Positions 61,565 to 64,000 of a DNA stretch of 64,000 nt are shown here, piece after piece (within the stretch, counting starts at the first letter, position 1; the number at the start of each line of letters is the position of its first letter). Made by a program: the position numbers and the translations under genes. The notes under the pieces are model-generated. The model made no database searches, was not told where the DNA came from, and saw only the letters and a program-made list of their open reading frames with translations. Origin of the DNA: Nostoc sp. (lineage in GTDB: Bacteria > Cyanobacteriota > Cyanobacteriia > Cyanobacteriales > Nostocaceae). The DNA lies in contig JBALDB010000039.1 in assembly GCA_036918135.1 (NCBI GenBank), positions 1 through 64,000 of the forward strand, read 5' to 3'.

Positions 61565-64000
61565 CTACGTCAAAATAGCTCCACCCATCAACCGCTCATA
61601 TCGATATTTCAACTCTTCTTTCATTAAATACCAACGCTCTAAAGTGACATCCATTTCTATGATTTTCTCGGCTGCTTGGCGCGCTAAAAGTAAAACTTCC
61701 TCATCGTCAACTAAACTTGCTAAGGTAAAATCTGGCACTCCCGATTGACGAGTTCCCAGTACTTGCCCTGGACCACGAAAACGCATATCCATCTCTGAAA
61801 TGAAAAAACCATCTTGAGACTGTTCCAGCACCCTCAACCGTTGTTGAGCATCAGGACTCCTAGAACTGCTCATCAACAAACAGTAAGACTGAGCCGCACC
61901 ACGACCAACACGCCCCCGTAGTTGGTGCAGTTGCGATAAGCCAAATCGTTCTGCATTTTCAATGAGCATTACTGTAGCGTTGGGTACGTCTACACCTACC
62001 TCAACTACAGTAGTAGAAACTAGAATCTGCGTTTGGTTATCGCGGAATTTAGTAATCGCTTCGTCCTTTTCTGCTGAACTCATACGACCGTGCAACAGCC
62101 CCACTTGAAAGTCTGGAAAAACACTTTCTTGTAGCTTTTGATGCTCATCTACTGCCGATCGCAAATCTAATTTTTCTGATTCTTCCACCAATGGCAAAAC
62201 TACATAAACCTGTCTTCCTTGGGCAATTTCTCGACGCATCAAGTCGTAAGCATGGTTGCGTTGCTGACCTGACAATACTGTTGTCTGAATCTTTTGCCGT
62301 CCCGGTGGTAACTCATCAATTTGGCTCACATCCAAATCCCCGTGTATCGTCAGTGCTAAAGTTCGGGGAATTGGGGTAGCTGTCATAGTTAATACATGAG
62401 GTTGATTGCCTTTTTGCTGCAAACGTGCCCGTTGTTCTACCCCGAAGCGATGCTGTTCATCAATGACTACTAATCCTAGTTGTTGGAAGTTTACAGGGTC
62501 TTGAATCAAAGCATGGGTTCCTACTAACAGAGGTAATTCACCCGTTTCTAACTGAGAATGTATTTGTCTGCGTTTAGCAGTTTTAGTAGAACCTGTAAGT
62601 AATTCCACTGGTAAATGCAGTAAATTAAACCAACTAACTAACTTGCGATAATGCTGTTCTGCCAAAACTTCTGTTGGAGCCATTAGCGCCGCTTGGTAAC
62701 CAGATTGAATTGCTGCAAGGATAGCCAGCACAGCAACAACCGTTTTACCAGAACCAACATCACCTTGTACCAAACGATTCATAGGTGCGGGTTTTTGCAA
62801 GTCGTTAAGGATATCGTTGATAACTCGTTGCTGTGCGCCGGTAAGTTGAAAAGGCAGTATTTCGTGAAATTTCTCTACAAGTTGACCTCGTGGGACAAGG
62901 ATGGCAGCCTTTTGAATCGCCTTTGCTTGCTGTTGACGTTGTAGTAAACCGAGTTGTAAGTAGAAAAACTCGTCAAACACTAGGCGACGACGAGCAACTT
63001 GGAGAGTTTCGCCATCTTTGGGAAAGTGAATATTAGCGATCGCATCTTTCAATTCCATCAAAACATACTTCTGCCGCAAACCACTTGGTAGAGGGTCTTT
63101 CAGGTGAGCCGCAGCAGGCAAAGCAGCAATTACTGCTTGTCGTACTGTATTTGCCACCACGCCCTCAGTCAATCCGTAAATTGGCACCACCCGCCCAATA
63201 TTCAGCGACTCTATCGCATCTCCAGGATTTGCTAAAACTTCTAATTCTGGATTATCTAGTGTCAAGCCATATTTACTTTCTTTCACCAACCCACAAGCAG
63301 CTACAATACTACCTACCGGATAACGGCGTTTTAAACTTTCTTGCCAACCCCGACTACTAAAGCGTGTACCTGCGTAAAAACGCCCAATTTTAATTTGACC
63401 GCTATTATCTTTTACTAACAGTTCTAAAATTGATAATTTCTGGTTTTTGGGGCTAGTAAAGCAGTTGCAGCGCTTCACCGTCGCCACTATTGTCACCGTC
63501 TCACCCGCCTGTAACTCGCGGATATTCACTTGACGCGCATAATCAATGTGGTCGCGAGGATAATAAAAAAGCAAATCACGGACGGTATGCAAACCAAGAC
63601 GCGCTAGATTATCAGCTTTTTTAAAGCCTATTTCTGGTAAATCACTGAGTTTTTGCTCAATTTTCGGAGCAAGCCTGCGATTCACCTCAGCAACAATTGG
63701 AGATGTTGGATTTTGAGTTTTGGATTGATAAATTTTCCTTTGCTCCTCTGTTCCTCTGCTTCCCTCCTCTTCCTCCTCTTGCTGTAGTTGGTAAAGATAC
63801 CTGCGAGTCTCTGCTACTAAATGTTGTCTTTCTTCTAGTGCTAAATGTGGATAACTAGCAAATTGCACCGCTAGTCCTTGCCAACGGCGGCGCTCAGTGT
63901 GGGGTAAGCCTATGGGAAATTTACCTAAAGTCAGGCTGAGGAATTCGCTGAAGCGGTATTGTCTGCCCACCAAGTCTGTAAAGCCATGTTCGGCTTCTAT
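61565..64000 (-). CDS. recG: ATP-dependent DNA helicase RecG (5' end outside the window)
   Basis: QGDVGSGKT, DEQHRFG and LHQLRGRVGRG motifs; frame open to the window edge. Confidence 0.98.
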   Translation of the reverse strand: MEAEHGFTDLVGRQYRFSEFLSLTLGKFPIGLPHTERRRWQGLAVQFASYPHLALEERQHLVAETRRYLYQLQQEEEEEGSRGTEEQRKIYQSKTQNPTSPIVAEVNRRLAPKIEQKLSDLPEIGFKKADNLARLGLHTVRDLLFYYPRDHIDYARQVNIRELQAGETVTIVATVKRCNCFTSPKNQKLSILELLVKDNSGQIKIGRFYAGTRFSSRGWQESLKRRYPVGSIVAACGLVKESKYGLTLDNPELEVLANPGDAIESLNIGRVVPIYGLTEGVVANTVRQAVIAALPAAAHLKDPLPSGLRQKYVLMELKDAIANIHFPKDGETLQVARRRLVFDEFFYLQLGLLQRQQQAKAIQKAAILVPRGQLVEKFHEILPFQLTGAQQRVINDILNDLQKPAPMNRLVQGDVGSGKTVVAVLAILAAIQSGYQAALMAPTEVLAEQHYRKLVSWFNLLHLPVELLTGSTKTAKRRQIHSQLETGELPLLVGTHALIQDPVNFQQLGLVVIDEQHRFGVEQRARLQQKGNQPHVLTMTATPIPRTLALTIHGDLDVSQIDELPPGRQKIQTTVLSGQQRNHAYDLMRREIAQGRQVYVVLPLVEESEKLDLRSAVDEHQKLQESVFPDFQVGLLHGRMSSAEKDEAITKFRDNQTQILVSTTVVEVGVDVPNATVMLIENAERFGLSQLHQLRGRVGRGAAQSYCLLMSSSRSPDAQQRLRVLEQSQDGFFISEMDMRFRGPGQVLGTRQSGVPDFTLASLVDDEEVLLLARQAAEKIIEMDVTLERWYLMKEELKYRYERLMGGAILT

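Noticed and set aside
5368..63360. Many 60-170 aa antisense or alternative-frame ORFs inside chlH, chlB, murA, phoX, recG and others
   Set aside because: They are shadow ORFs fully overlapping well-supported genes and have no recognisable motifs.

Overview
Chromosomal window from a heterocyst-forming (Nostoc-like) cyanobacterium, judged from the gene content, abundant HIP1 octamers (GCGATCGC) and STRR-type heptamer repeats. The housekeeping backbone includes chlH, chlB, ycf37, rpmI-rplT, a UvrD-type helicase, raf1, menG, tRNA-Leu(CAA), an alpha-hydroxy-acid oxidase, murA, ndhCKJ, rubA-ycf48-psbEFLJ, psaI, rpsF, argG, phoX and a partial recG. Three accessory patches interrupt it. (1) 1-4.6 kb: HicAB, an RHH/PIN pair with a premature stop, two Uma2 paralogues and a membrane protein, separated by HIP1-bounded modular repeats. 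(2) 20.4-27.6 kb: a candidate defence island with an EEP nuclease, a vWA protein carrying a duplicated unnamed C-terminal domain, a frameshifted DUF6887-like gene, an AvaI/BsoBI-type restriction-modification pair, and a coupled His-motif protein plus LRR/DUF6745-like gene. (3) 37.7-39.4 kb: a second HicAB and a frameshifted pentapeptide-repeat gene. The best candidate for an undescribed system is the vWA plus DUF6745-like plus His-motif module flanking the RM genes. Smaller observations include a probable ATT start for murA, a 29-codon ORF duplicating the tail of a STAS gene, two 21/42-bp arrays in frame with downstream genes, and small repeats nested in frame inside coding sequences. No CRISPR array, transposase or integrase was seen. 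All family assignments come from motif recognition by eye, with no database search.
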